Position numbers and translations under genes: made by a program. DNA of 64,000 nt from Occultella glacieicola (GTDB lineage Bacteria > Actinomycetota > Actinomycetes > Actinomycetales > Beutenbergiaceae): assembly GCF_004353825.1 (NCBI RefSeq), contig NZ_SMNA01000005.1, forward strand, positions 248,001 through 312,000. The letters are read 5' to 3'. This document shows, in pieces, positions 38,701-46,709 of this stretch. Below the pieces are notes generated by a model that was not told the DNA's origin, did no database searches, and worked only from the letters and a program-made list of their open reading frames with translations. The number at the start of each line of letters is the position of its first letter. Position 1 is the first letter of the stretch.

Positions 38701-40555
38701 GGGTGAGCTGCTCGGACCACTGCTCGAGCGTCTGGGCCTCGTCGAGTCCCGTCTGAGCCGCGGCCGCGTCGACCTGCTCCCGCAGCCTCGGCAGCACCTC
38801 GTTCAGGGCGCGCACGTCCGCGAGCGTGGCGGTCGCGTGGTCGGCGCTGGTCAGCTCGGCGCCGAACCACGGCGTGTCCGAGGCTCGCAGCTGGAACGCC
38901 CCGAGCGCTCCGGCTCGGGCGAGCTCCTCGCGGGCCCGCTCGCGTTCGTCGGAGTCCATCGAGCGCACCGCCGTGCCGGACAGGCGCACCTGGGTGCGCG
39001 GACCGGGGCGCTGCGCGGTGAGCTCGGCCAGGGCCTGGAGCGCCTGGTACGCGCTCGCCGACCAGGGCGGACGCGGGGTGTGCAGGGCGTTGATGTATCC
39101 GGCGAGCTTCGTCCGGGCCGCCAGCAGGGCCTCGCGGTCCTTCGCGACCGCGGCCGGATCCACCGAAGGCTCGGGCGGGTTCAGCCCGTCCACCAGGCGC
39201 CGGGCCGCCGTGCGGTTCCAGCTCGGGTCGTTGCTCAGGTCGAGGGCGAGGTCGCCCACCCCGACGGCCCGCATCGCGTCCAGGAGGGCCCGGGCGGCCC
39301 GGCGGGTGCCGGGCACGTACAGCACCCGCTTGCCCTCGGCGGCGGCCTGCGCCACCACAGCCGTGACGGTGGCGGGCACATCCACCCCGGGCGGGGCGTC
39401 GACGAGCACGTGACCGCCGGCGCCGACGGCGTCCAGAACCCGGTGCTGGCCGGCGTCCAGGTCCCCGGCGCCACGTTCGGCCCCGGGGTCGCGGTCGCCG
39501 TCACCGGCCGAGGGCAGGGTCGACCGGAGCGCCGACTTGGCCTCGTCGTCGCCCGCGAGTGCGGCGACCACGTCGTGTGCGGCGAGCGCGCTCTGCTGGG
39601 CCTCGAGGTCGTCCGCGAGGGCCTGACCCGGGTGCACGAACGCGCCGACGATGATCCGGGAATCCATCCGGAACTCGGGCAGGGCCTTGCCGAGCTCCGC
39701 GATCGTGGCCAGGGCCGGACTGGGCGAGAAGCCGTGCGTACCCATGGTGGACCGTGCGATCTCGGCCGGGTCCAGGTCCACCCCGTGGGCGCGCAACTCG
39801 CGCACGAGCACCGAGTTGAGCTCGACGGCGGGATCGAGTTCGAGGTCGATCTCGGCATCCGAGCCCGGTCCGGTCAGGCGGACCGGCCGCAGCAGCACGG
39901 GAGCGTGCACGAGGCGGGGCGCCGGGGCGCGTGTGCCGGACGCCGGGGTCGCGGGGTCCTCGGCCAGAGCGGGCGTCGTGCCGGCGTCCTCGGCCAGCAC
40001 GGTCGTCGCGTCCGGGTCGGGCTGCGCGGCCGATTCGGACCCGCGGGCCGCCGCCGGGTCCGACCCGGGCTGCGCCGTCGACCCCTCGTCCGGACCCGGC
40101 GCGGGCCGGCCGGGTGCCGCGTCGCTGTGCTCACCGTGTGACTCCGCGCGCCAGGTGGCGACGCCGACGGCCACGTACGTCGGGGCGACCCCGTAGCGCT
40201 GAGCGAGCTCCTCGGTCCGCGCGCCCATCACTCGGGCCCGCCGCCGGGCCTGGGTCAGCGCGGACCCCTCCCGCACCAGGTTCGACAACCGGGTGGCGCG
40301 CCCGGCGAACAGTTGCGCGATCCCGCTCGGGTGGGCGGCGGTCAGGTCGACGAGGGCGTCACCGAGTGCGTCCACGTCCCAGAGGGCGCTGCCGCCGGCG
40401 AGATCCGCGAGCCGGTTGCGCCACTGTGCCGCGGCGCCGGAGACCGCACGTTCGCGCGCGGTCGGTTCCGGGGCCGTCGGCTCCACCTCCGGAGGCTGCG
40501 GCGCCGACGAGGCCTTGCGGCCGCCGGGCAGTGGGAATCGAACGGGCGGGGTCAC
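35756..40555 (-). CDS. Large DUF4011-like / SF1 helicase-like / Vsr-like restriction-fold protein with degenerate catalytic motifs
   Basis: WRNRLADL N-terminus, HAPVLLRPV, LDAGQ...DAPPG, GKRVLYV, PVWIVPP, VVFGD, RRDAIIFSLGYGKTPHGRVLHRFG, RRRDR...LQNRGW. Confidence 0.75.
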   Translation of the reverse strand: MTPPVRFPLPGGRKASSAPQPPEVEPTAPEPTARERAVSGAAAQWRNRLADLAGGSALWDVDALGDALVDLTAAHPSGIAQLFAGRATRLSNLVREGSALTQARRRARVMGARTEELAQRYGVAPTYVAVGVATWRAESHGEHSDAAPGRPAPGPDEGSTAQPGSDPAAARGSESAAQPDPDATTVLAEDAGTTPALAEDPATPASGTRAPAPRLVHAPVLLRPVRLTGPGSDAEIDLELDPAVELNSVLVRELRAHGVDLDPAEIARSTMGTHGFSPSPALATIAELGKALPEFRMDSRIIVGAFVHPGQALADDLEAQQSALAAHDVVAALAGDDEAKSALRSTLPSAGDGDRDPGAERGAGDLDAGQHRVLDAVGAGGHVLVDAPPGVDVPATVTAVVAQAAAEGKRVLYVPGTRRAARALLDAMRAVGVGDLALDLSNDPSWNRTAARRLVDGLNPPEPSVDPAAVAKDREALLAARTKLAGYINALHTPRPPWSASAYQALQALAELTAQRPGPRTQVRLSGTAVRSMDSDERERAREELARAGALGAFQLRASDTPWFGAELTSADHATATLADVRALNEVLPRLREQVDAAAAQTGLDEAQTLEQWSEQLTLLDGIQSSLDVFTPQVFERSATDMVAATASRAWRAQHQVDLAWGARRRLRKQAKDLLRPGVTVGDLHAELVEVATRRDVWRRHCAGGGWPRVPEGMTAIVRTAQEVTDLVGRLAPVLAPTLGGRTLSEVPLAELANRIERLGTDDAAVRQMPERAAVIAKLNGLGLAPLVADLGQRRVPTSLVGAEFDLAWWSSVLEEMLAEDPAMAGLEAESLDEAAARLRALDETQTASLVAPVLAGSAARVRAAISADRPRAQEFYRTVMRGATDLKALLNRFGEVAWAPRPVWIVPPMVVPQVLPPGRDVDLLVLDAVQHLPVEQVISAIVRAKQVVVFGDTRRGGTGTVRALDLLPRATLPGDRVDQDTDIAAFLARHGYADIIRPVPAPPHSPRITLDLVDGTGMPAPGSDVVESVQAEVDRVVDLVIDHALTRPEQSLAVIALNSRHADRVREAVLSTAAGSTAMSAFFDQSGTDAFTVVDIESVAGLRRDAIIFSLGYGKTPHGRVLHRFGAVSGRDGAEYLVDALDAVRHRFTVVSCLAAEDLDPARLRSEGSRMLKDVLALAAAGRAELDEDTDDHAPDRLLVDLAERLWRLGLTVVPRYGVPGGVRIPLAIGHPDLPGELLVAVLTDDPEYVAEPSLRRRDRHWVQRLQNRGWRVRMVFSTAVFMDPQGEAERIAQDVRAVLAERNVTVTSPASGIPPTDLVDEVAGEEEPDRDSAARPTTSARGIAMVGEQPTRPGTRSPIAGLRGDRPDVPPGQPLSRYGDDELDALVGWLASDGEPRSSEALREELRAELGIAKRGTHVDAVLGAAVRRSGLGSAPDSPAATDATRAAGEADGGDVTGADGSPPAEAAAAADDELAGNAEAAGNELAGDAEAADDELAGDAEAADDEPVGNAEAADDELAGDAQAAGEEPADDTQGDGGADAGSTDAHPDAPRTGTAGRAEPTIPNRAWEDEDRAWGEGSSDSDDERLRRDVPPHWS
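35976..36140. repeat. 33-bp tandem repeat x5 encoding acidic ADDELAGDAEA units
   Basis: gcctcggcgtcgccggcgagctcatcgtcggcg units starting at 35976, 36009, 36042, 36075 and 36108. Confidence 0.9.
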
Positions 40556-40777
40556 CCGTCCACGCTAACCGCCTACGGGCCCGGATAGCACCGTGACCCG
40601 CCGGGCTGGGGCGGTACCGGGCTGGAACCGGCCCATTCCGGGCGCTCCGGCGCACCCGGCGTCCGCGCCCGGATCCGGACATGGAAGGACGGTGTGCGCC
40701 ACGCAGGGGGCAGGCGACGCACACCGCCGTGGAAGAGTGTGTACCCACGCTGCCCGGAATGCAAACCGCCTCCCGGC

Positions 40778-41113
40778 TCAGCCCTCGAGGTAGCGCCTCA
40801 GGACCACGGCCTGGTTGTGTTCGGTGTCCCTCGCGCCGTACAGGAGGGTGGCGCCGGAGTGCGCGGCGATCAGGTCGCGGAGCCGGTCGACGGCGTCGTT
40901 TCCGGCGAGTTCCTCGGTGTAGCGGTGGGCGAACTCGTCGAACTTCGGGGCCTCGTGCCGGAACCAGTTCCGCAGGTCGTCGCTCGGGGCGACGTCCTTG
41001 AGCCAGACGTCGACGCGGTCCTTGCGCACCCCACGGGGCCAGAGCCGGTCCACGAGGATGCCGTGCCCCTCGTCCGCGGTGCGAGCCTCGTAGACCCGCT
41101 TGATCGCGATCAT
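40778..41113 (-). CDS. DUF488 (YeaO-like) protein
   Basis: IKRVYE...ILVDRLWPRGVRK...WLKDVAPS..LRNWF...TLLYGARDTEHNQA. Confidence 0.9.
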   Translation of the reverse strand: MIAIKRVYEARTADEGHGILVDRLWPRGVRKDRVDVWLKDVAPSDDLRNWFRHEAPKFDEFAHRYTEELAGNDAVDRLRDLIAAHSGATLLYGARDTEHNQAVVLRRYLEG

Positions 41114-41153
41114 GTCGACTCCCTACTCCCGGGCGGCGTGTCCGCCCACATCG

Positions 41154-41783
41154 TCACCCGCGGGACGTGAGGTAGCCAAGGGAGAACGCGGTGGCGACGG
41201 CGGCGGCTCGGTCGTTCACGCCGAGCTTGGCGTAGGCGTGCAACAGGTGCGTCTTGACCGTCGCCTCACTGATGAACAGCGTGCGTGCGGCCTCGCGGTT
41301 CGTCGAACCGCCCGCGATCAGCTCCAGCACCTCCAGCTCGCGCTGGGAGAGCGGATCGACCGGCGGTCGGCGGCGCTGCCCGAGGAGCCTCGTCGCGACG
41401 ACCGGGGAGAGCACCGCGGTCCCGGCGGCGGCCGCCTCCACCGCCCGGAACAACTCCTCGCGCGGCGCGTCCTTCAGCAGGTAGCCGGTGGCGCCCGCGT
41501 CGATGGCGGGCAGCACGTCGCCGTCCGTGTCGTAGGTGGTGAGCACCAGTACCCGGGCCGGCACCCCTCGCTCGGTCAGGGTCCTGATCGCATCGACCCC
41601 GTCCATCCCGGGCATCCGGAGGTCCATCAGGATCACATCGGGCCCGAGGTGCTCGGCGGCGGCGACCGCCTCGGCGCCGTCGCCCGCCTCACCGAGGACC
41701 TCGAACCGGGGATCCGCGCTGAACATGCTGCGCAGCCCGTCCCGGACCACCGGGTGGTCGTCCACGATCAACACCGAGATCAT
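41154..41783 (-). CDS. NarL/LuxR-family response regulator
   Basis: VDDHPVVRDGL, LMDLRMP, GYLLKD, LFISEATVKTH. Confidence 0.93.
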   Translation of the reverse strand: MISVLIVDDHPVVRDGLRSMFSADPRFEVLGEAGDGAEAVAAAEHLGPDVILMDLRMPGMDGVDAIRTLTERGVPARVLVLTTYDTDGDVLPAIDAGATGYLLKDAPREELFRAVEAAAAGTAVLSPVVATRLLGQRRRPPVDPLSQRELEVLELIAGGSTNREAARTLFISEATVKTHLLHAYAKLGVNDRAAAVATAFSLGYLTSRG

Positions 41784-43045
41784 CGCGCGCTGCCCGCCGG
41801 GATCGCGGGTACGGTGGCCGAGATCGCGGTGCCGCCGCCGGGCTCGGACTCGATGTCGAGCCGGCCGGCCAGGCGCTGCACCCGCTGCCGCATGCCGGCA
41901 AGCCCGAACCCGCCGGTACCGGCACCGTCGGCGCGGCCGGCTTCGGGATCGAACCCGACGCCGTCGTCCCGGATATCGAGCGTGACCAGGTCCTCCATGT
42001 AGGACAGGGTCAGGCCCACCCGGGAGGCTCCGGCGTGCTTGGCCACGTTCGCGAGTCCTTCCTGCGCGGCCCGCAGCAGGGTGAGCTCGACGTCGACACG
42101 CATGGGCCGAGGATCACCCGTGGTGGTCAGGGCAGCCTCGATGTGGTGCACCTGCGCCCATCGTGCGGTCACGTCGTCGATCGCGTCGGGGAGCCGGGCA
42201 CCGGCGAGCACCTGCGGCTCCACCGCATGGACCGTCCGTCGTGCCTCGACGAGGCTCTCCCGGGCCAGACCGACGGCGGTGGTCACGTGCCGGCGGACCG
42301 CGTCCGGTCTCTGAATCGTCTGTTCGGCCGCCTGGAGCTGGGTGAGGATCCCCGCCAGGCTCTGCGCCAGGGTGTCGTGGATCTCGCGCGCCATCCTCTG
42401 CCGTTCGTCCAGCACGCCGGCCTCGCGCGCCTGATCCAGGAGTTGCGCGTGCAGCCCGGCGTTCTCCGCCAGTGCGGCCTCCAGTCGCAGGTTGGCCTCG
42501 TGCAGCTCGGCGAGGGCACGCTGCTGCCGCCGGCCGTGCTGGTCGCTGCTCGCGAGGATGTGGAAGAAGATCAGGGACAGGCCGACGCTGACGGTGCTGA
42601 CCGCGGCCCACAGCCACCAGTCGTCCGCGACGATGTTCGCGACGCCCCCGACGTAGGTCACCGCCATGATCAGCGACGTGGCGACCACTCCGACGTACCG
42701 CCAGCGACCACGCAGATACAGGAACGCGTGGACGTAGCCGATGAACGCGAAGATGCCGTACGAAGGTGCGAGCGCCACCAGGGCGGCGGTCCACACCGTC
42801 AGCCCGGCGAAGTACAGCCCGAGCAGCCTGACGTCGGGATCCGGTCGGCGGTCGAGGCGACCCAGCCAGACCAGCCAGCCGGCAGCCACGGCGGTGAGGC
42901 CGAGCACCGCCGGCGCGGGCGCCGGTCCCATCAGGGCGATGACCGTGCTGACCGCGAGCAGGGCGTACGGAAGCACCCTGATCACGGCCGCCTCGCGATG
43001 CTCCGCACGGGCGTACTCACGGCGCAGTTCGGCCTCGATGCTCAT
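41780..43045 (-). CDS. Membrane sensor histidine kinase (HisKA_3)
   Basis: Multiple TM helices, ERQRMAREIHDTLAQ, QEGLANVAKH, DDGVGFD, GFGLAGMRQR; ATG at 43045. Confidence 0.92.
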   Translation of the reverse strand: MSIEAELRREYARAEHREAAVIRVLPYALLAVSTVIALMGPAPAPAVLGLTAVAAGWLVWLGRLDRRPDPDVRLLGLYFAGLTVWTAALVALAPSYGIFAFIGYVHAFLYLRGRWRYVGVVATSLIMAVTYVGGVANIVADDWWLWAAVSTVSVGLSLIFFHILASSDQHGRRQQRALAELHEANLRLEAALAENAGLHAQLLDQAREAGVLDERQRMAREIHDTLAQSLAGILTQLQAAEQTIQRPDAVRRHVTTAVGLARESLVEARRTVHAVEPQVLAGARLPDAIDDVTARWAQVHHIEAALTTTGDPRPMRVDVELTLLRAAQEGLANVAKHAGASRVGLTLSYMEDLVTLDIRDDGVGFDPEAGRADGAGTGGFGLAGMRQRVQRLAGRLDIESEPGGGTAISATVPAIPAGSAR

Positions 43046-43065
43046 CGTCCCCGCTCCCGGTGGCT

Positions 43066-43806
43066 CTACTCCCACCGAAAGTACCGCGCGGCCAGGCCGC
43101 CGGCCACGATCGCCCAGCCGAGCATGACGGCGACGAGAAGCAACTGCGGCCAGCCCCCTCCGGTCGCGTCCTGCAGCGACTGGACACCGGCGCCCAATGG
43201 GCTCGCGTCCGAGATGTTGCGCAGCACACCACTCATCGACTCGCGCGGGATCCACAGGCCGGCGAAGAACAGGAACGGGAAGAACAGCACCAGGCCGATC
43301 GCGCCCGCGCCTGCAGCACCTGGCGCCAGCGCGGCCACGAGCAGTCCGATCGCCAGCATCGAGACCGCGGTCAGCGCGAACGCCACCAGGTACCCGAGCG
43401 GGTTGCCGGGCAGCTCGACGGCGAACACCAGGCGGGCGATGACCAGGACCACCACGGTCGTGGCGAAGGACATCAGCACGGACATGAGCAGCTGCGCGCC
43501 GAGCAGGAGGGCCGGCCGGGCCGGGGTGGTGCGCAGCCGACGCAGGACACCCTTCTCCCGGTAGGTCGCGAGTTGTTGCGGGAGGCTGGTCAGCGCGACG
43601 GTCGCGATGGCGATCGCGACCACCAACGGGGTGTACAGGTCGATCACCCGGCGGCCACCGAGGTCGGGATCGGGCTCACGGAACGCCGGGACGGCGCCGA
43701 GGACGATGAGCAGGACCGGGGGCAGGGCGAGAGCGAAGAGCACGCTGATCGGCTCGCGGAGGAAGAGCTTCGTCTCGGTCACGGTGAGTCTCAGCAGGGC
43801 GGACAC
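43066..43806 (-). CDS. ABC-2 type permease
   Basis: ETKLFLREP, YREKGVLRRLRTTP, RYFRWE; GTG at 43806 with GAGGAG RBS. Confidence 0.9.
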   Translation of the reverse strand: MSALLRLTVTETKLFLREPISVLFALALPPVLLIVLGAVPAFREPDPDLGGRRVIDLYTPLVVAIAIATVALTSLPQQLATYREKGVLRRLRTTPARPALLLGAQLLMSVLMSFATTVVVLVIARLVFAVELPGNPLGYLVAFALTAVSMLAIGLLVAALAPGAAGAGAIGLVLFFPFLFFAGLWIPRESMSGVLRNISDASPLGAGVQSLQDATGGGWPQLLLVAVMLGWAIVAGGLAARYFRWE

Positions 43807-43816
43807 GGTGGTCTCC

Positions 43817-44725
43817 TCAGTCGTGGATGGGGCGGCCGGTGAGCGCGACGAACGCGTCATCGAGCGAGGGCTGATCGACACGGAGGTCGGCGGGGACGAT
43901 CTGGTTGCGGGCGAGCGCGGTCGTCACCGCGAGCAGGAGATCGCCGGTGCCGGTCACGAGGACCTGGTCTCCGGACCGCTCCACCGACGCGACCTCGGGC
44001 AGCGCGGTCAGCGTGGCGCCGTCCAGCGGCGCCGACGGCCGGAACCGGATCCGCTGCCGCCCGCCGGACCGCTCGATGAGGCCGGCCGGGGTGTCGAGCG
44101 CGACGAGCCGCCCCGAGTCGATCAGGGCGATCCGGTCGCAGAGCCGCTCTGCCTCCTCCATGAAGTGCGTGACCAGCAGGATCGTGACCCCGCGGTCCCG
44201 GATCGTCTCGATGAGGTCCCAGGTGTCACGGCGGGCCTGCGGGTCCAGGCCCGTGGTGAGTTCGTCGAGGACCGCCACCCTCGGGTTGCCGACCACGGCA
44301 AGGGCGATGGACAGACGCTGCTGCTGACCGCCGGACAGGTGCCGGAACTGGGTGTCGACCTTGTCGGTGAGTCGCAGGGCGGAGATCAGTTCCCGCCAGT
44401 CGACCGGGTCGCGGTAGAACGAGCTGTACAGGGCCATCGCCTCACCGACGGTGAGCTTGTCGGGCAGTTCACTCTCCTGCAGTTGCGCGCCGAGGACATG
44501 CTGCAGTTCGCGGTCGCCGCCCTGCGGGTCGATACCGCAGACCCGGATCGTGCCGGCATCCGGGGTGCGCAGACCCTCGATGCACTCCACCGTGGTGGAC
44601 TTGCCGGCCCCGTTCGGTCCGAGGATCCCGAAGATCTCACCGCGCTCGACGGCGAAACTGACCCCGTTCACCGCGGTGTGCGGTCCGTAGCGTTTGAGCA
44701 GGTGGTCCACCTCGATGATTGCCAT
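43817..44725 (-). CDS. ABC transporter ATP-binding protein
   Basis: GPNGAGKST, LSGGQQQR, VLDELTTGLDP, VTHFMEEAERLCDR. Confidence 0.93.
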   Translation of the reverse strand: MAIIEVDHLLKRYGPHTAVNGVSFAVERGEIFGILGPNGAGKSTTVECIEGLRTPDAGTIRVCGIDPQGGDRELQHVLGAQLQESELPDKLTVGEAMALYSSFYRDPVDWRELISALRLTDKVDTQFRHLSGGQQQRLSIALAVVGNPRVAVLDELTTGLDPQARRDTWDLIETIRDRGVTILLVTHFMEEAERLCDRIALIDSGRLVALDTPAGLIERSGGRQRIRFRPSAPLDGATLTALPEVASVERSGDQVLVTGTGDLLLAVTTALARNQIVPADLRVDQPSLDDAFVALTGRPIHD

Positions 44726-44790
44726 GCCTCAACGGTGCCCGGCGGCACCGCGCACCGGATCGGCCACCTGGCCGGAGACCGCCGCCGCTG

Positions 44791-44825
44791 CGGTGGATGC
44801 GGGCATCAACCGATCGGTGGATGCG
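44791..44825. promoter_or_regulatory. Probable NarL-type regulator binding site upstream of the ABC/two-component operon
   Basis: CATCAACCG-AT-CGGTGGATG imperfect palindrome (44804-44823) and CGGTGGATGCG direct repeat (44791 and 44815). Confidence 0.55.
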
Positions 44826-44893
44826 CAGCACGGCCCGACCCGCAGGTGGAGCGGCCTGGAATAGGCCTCGTGCGCAGGCGGTTCGCCCCTGAC

Positions 44894-45712
44894 ATGGAAC
44901 TCGAAATGGTGCTGCCCGACGAGTCGCCGTCGATTCCCGTGCGCACGCTCGTCGAGCTGGCCCGGACGGCCGAGGACCTCGGTTACACCACGGCGTGGCT
45001 GCCCGAGCACGTGCTACCGCCGCCGGGTGAGTTCGGCGCGACGTTCGGCGGGGTGTACGAGCCGCTGGTGACGATCGGGCACCTGGCCGCGGTAACCGAG
45101 CGGCTGCGGCTCGGCACGTCCGTACTGATCGCCCCGCTGCGCAACCCGTTCGTGCTCGCCAAGCAGGTCGCCACCCTGCACCAGCTCTCGGCGGGCCGGG
45201 TGGTGCTGGGCCTCGGGGTCGGCTGGATCGAGCAGGAGTTCGATGCCGTCGGGGCCGACTATCACCACCGAGGCGCCATCACCGACGACGTGATCGCCCT
45301 GCTGCGCCACCTCTTCGACGGCGGCACGGCGCCCTACCGGGGCCGGCGGTTCGCCTACGAGCAGGGCGTGTTCGCCCCGGTCCCGGACGGCCGGGTGCCG
45401 ATCATGGTGGGCGGCAACAGCGACGCGGCGCTGCGCCGCGCGGCCCGGTCCGCCGACGTCTGGCAGGGCATTCCGGACGGCCCCGGCGCCTTCGCCGAGC
45501 GGGCGCGGCGGCTGGCCGAGCTCACGGCCGGTCGTCCTGAGGTCGTGGCCGCGGTGCGGCTCGGCTGGGACGGCGGCGCGCAGGTCGGGCGGGTCGCCGA
45601 CGAGATCCGCGCCTACGCCGAAGCCGGAGCGCAGCGGGTGGCCGTGCACTTCGGTGACCACGGCGGCACCCGGGAACGGATGGAAGCGCTGGCCACGGCC
45701 CTGGGCCGCTGA
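44894..45712 (+). CDS. LLM-class (probably F420-dependent) oxidoreductase
   Basis: AEDLGYTTAWLPEHV, TERLRLGTSVLI.PLRNP..LAKQVATL..LSAGRVVLGLGVGW, PIMVGG. Confidence 0.88.
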   Translation: MELEMVLPDESPSIPVRTLVELARTAEDLGYTTAWLPEHVLPPPGEFGATFGGVYEPLVTIGHLAAVTERLRLGTSVLIAPLRNPFVLAKQVATLHQLSAGRVVLGLGVGWIEQEFDAVGADYHHRGAITDDVIALLRHLFDGGTAPYRGRRFAYEQGVFAPVPDGRVPIMVGGNSDAALRRAARSADVWQGIPDGPGAFAERARRLAELTAGRPEVVAAVRLGWDGGAQVGRVADEIRAYAEAGAQRVAVHFGDHGGTRERMEALATALGR

Positions 45713-45741
45713 CCGTCCCGGACCTCGGCGGCCGGCCTGCG

Positions 45742-45814
45742 TGCCCCCGGCGCGATTCGAACGCGCGACCTACCGCTTAGGAGGCGGTTGCTCTATCCCC
45801 TGAGCTACGGGGGC
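45742..45814 (-). tRNA. tRNA-Arg (anticodon CCT), CCA not encoded
   Basis: GCCCCCGTAGCTCAGGGGATAGAGCAACCGCCTCCTAAGCGGTAGGTCGCGCGTTCGAATCGCGCCGGGGGCA. Confidence 0.96.
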
Positions 45815-45887
45815 CACGGTGGAAGAGTACCGGCCCACCGGCGGTCGAAGCGAAGCGGCCCCGGCGTCGGTGTGGCACCGTGGGGGC

Positions 45888-46355
45888 GTGCCCGCCACCG
45901 TCACCTCCCGCGTGATCGGCCTGGACGCCGTTGCCCTGTTCGACCGGGTCACGGCGCTCGCGAACCACGAGCGGCTGATCCCGCTGACGCGCGTGCACGC
46001 GCCGCACCGCCGGCCCCGGGTGGGCGACCGGGTCGTCGCCACCTCCGCGGGAGTGCTACGGGACGTCATGCTGCTCACGCAGTACGAGAGGCCCGACGGC
46101 GTCGCGGACCCACGCTCCGCCGTCGCCGGGGTGGGACGGGCCGTCTACCGCAAACTCGGCCCGGTCCTGCTCGGCCGCGCCGAGATCGTGGTCACCGCGC
46201 TCGGACCGGCCACGGCCCGGGTCGACTGGACCGAGGACGTGCGCCTGGTGGACCCGTGGCGGCCGGCCGAGGCGATCGTGTGCCCGTTGCTCGCGGTGAT
46301 GACGGCGCGGGCGCTGCGGCTGCTCGCCGAGGCGACCGACGGCGAGCGCGGCTGA
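45888..46355 (+). CDS. Hypothetical protein, possibly SRPBCC-like
   Basis: HERLIPLT...GVLRDVM...YRKLGPVLLGRAEI...VDWTEDV; start uncertain. Confidence 0.6.
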   Translation: MPATVTSRVIGLDAVALFDRVTALANHERLIPLTRVHAPHRRPRVGDRVVATSAGVLRDVMLLTQYERPDGVADPRSAVAGVGRAVYRKLGPVLLGRAEIVVTALGPATARVDWTEDVRLVDPWRPAEAIVCPLLAVMTARALRLLAEATDGERG

Positions 46356-46595
46356 CCCCGACTCCCCCGCCACCACCCGCCCCGACTCCCCTGACGGCCC
46401 GTCGAACGCGCACTTCCCACGGTGGACCGCGGCCGCAACCGGGGGCAACAACGCGGTCGGCCGAGGTGGGCGAGACCGAGGTGGGGGGAGGTCGTGGTGG
46501 AACGTGCGGTGGCGAATGGGGGCGCCGATCGCTAGCCGGGCCGTGTCTCAACATGTGAGAATGACGGGACTTCCGCACACCCAACTGGAGGTTCG

Positions 46596-46709
46596 ATGTT
46601 GCACCCCCGCCACCGGACGTGCCCATCCGCGCACGTCGGGGCCCGCCCGGTCCACCCCGCCACCGGCCGCCGTCCGGTCCCCGCGCGAACGGAGGTGGTT
46701 CCGTCATGA
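46596..46709 (+). CDS. Putative 37-aa uORF coupled to rocD
   Basis: GGAGG-N4-ATG; MLHPRHRTCPSAHVGARPVHPATGRRPVPARTEVVPS*; stop overlaps the rocD ATG (ATGA). Confidence 0.35.
   Translation: MLHPRHRTCPSAHVGARPVHPATGRRPVPARTEVVPS

Noticed and set aside
35705..40141. 1478-aa + strand ORF
   Set aside because: Antisense shadow of the DUF4011-like gene; no motifs.
46356..46530. C-rich/G-rich intergenic tract with short duplications (CCCCGACTCCC x2, CCGAGGTGGG x2), possibly REP-like or an sRNA
   Set aside because: Single occurrence in the window and no clean stem; cannot be supported without genome-wide comparison.
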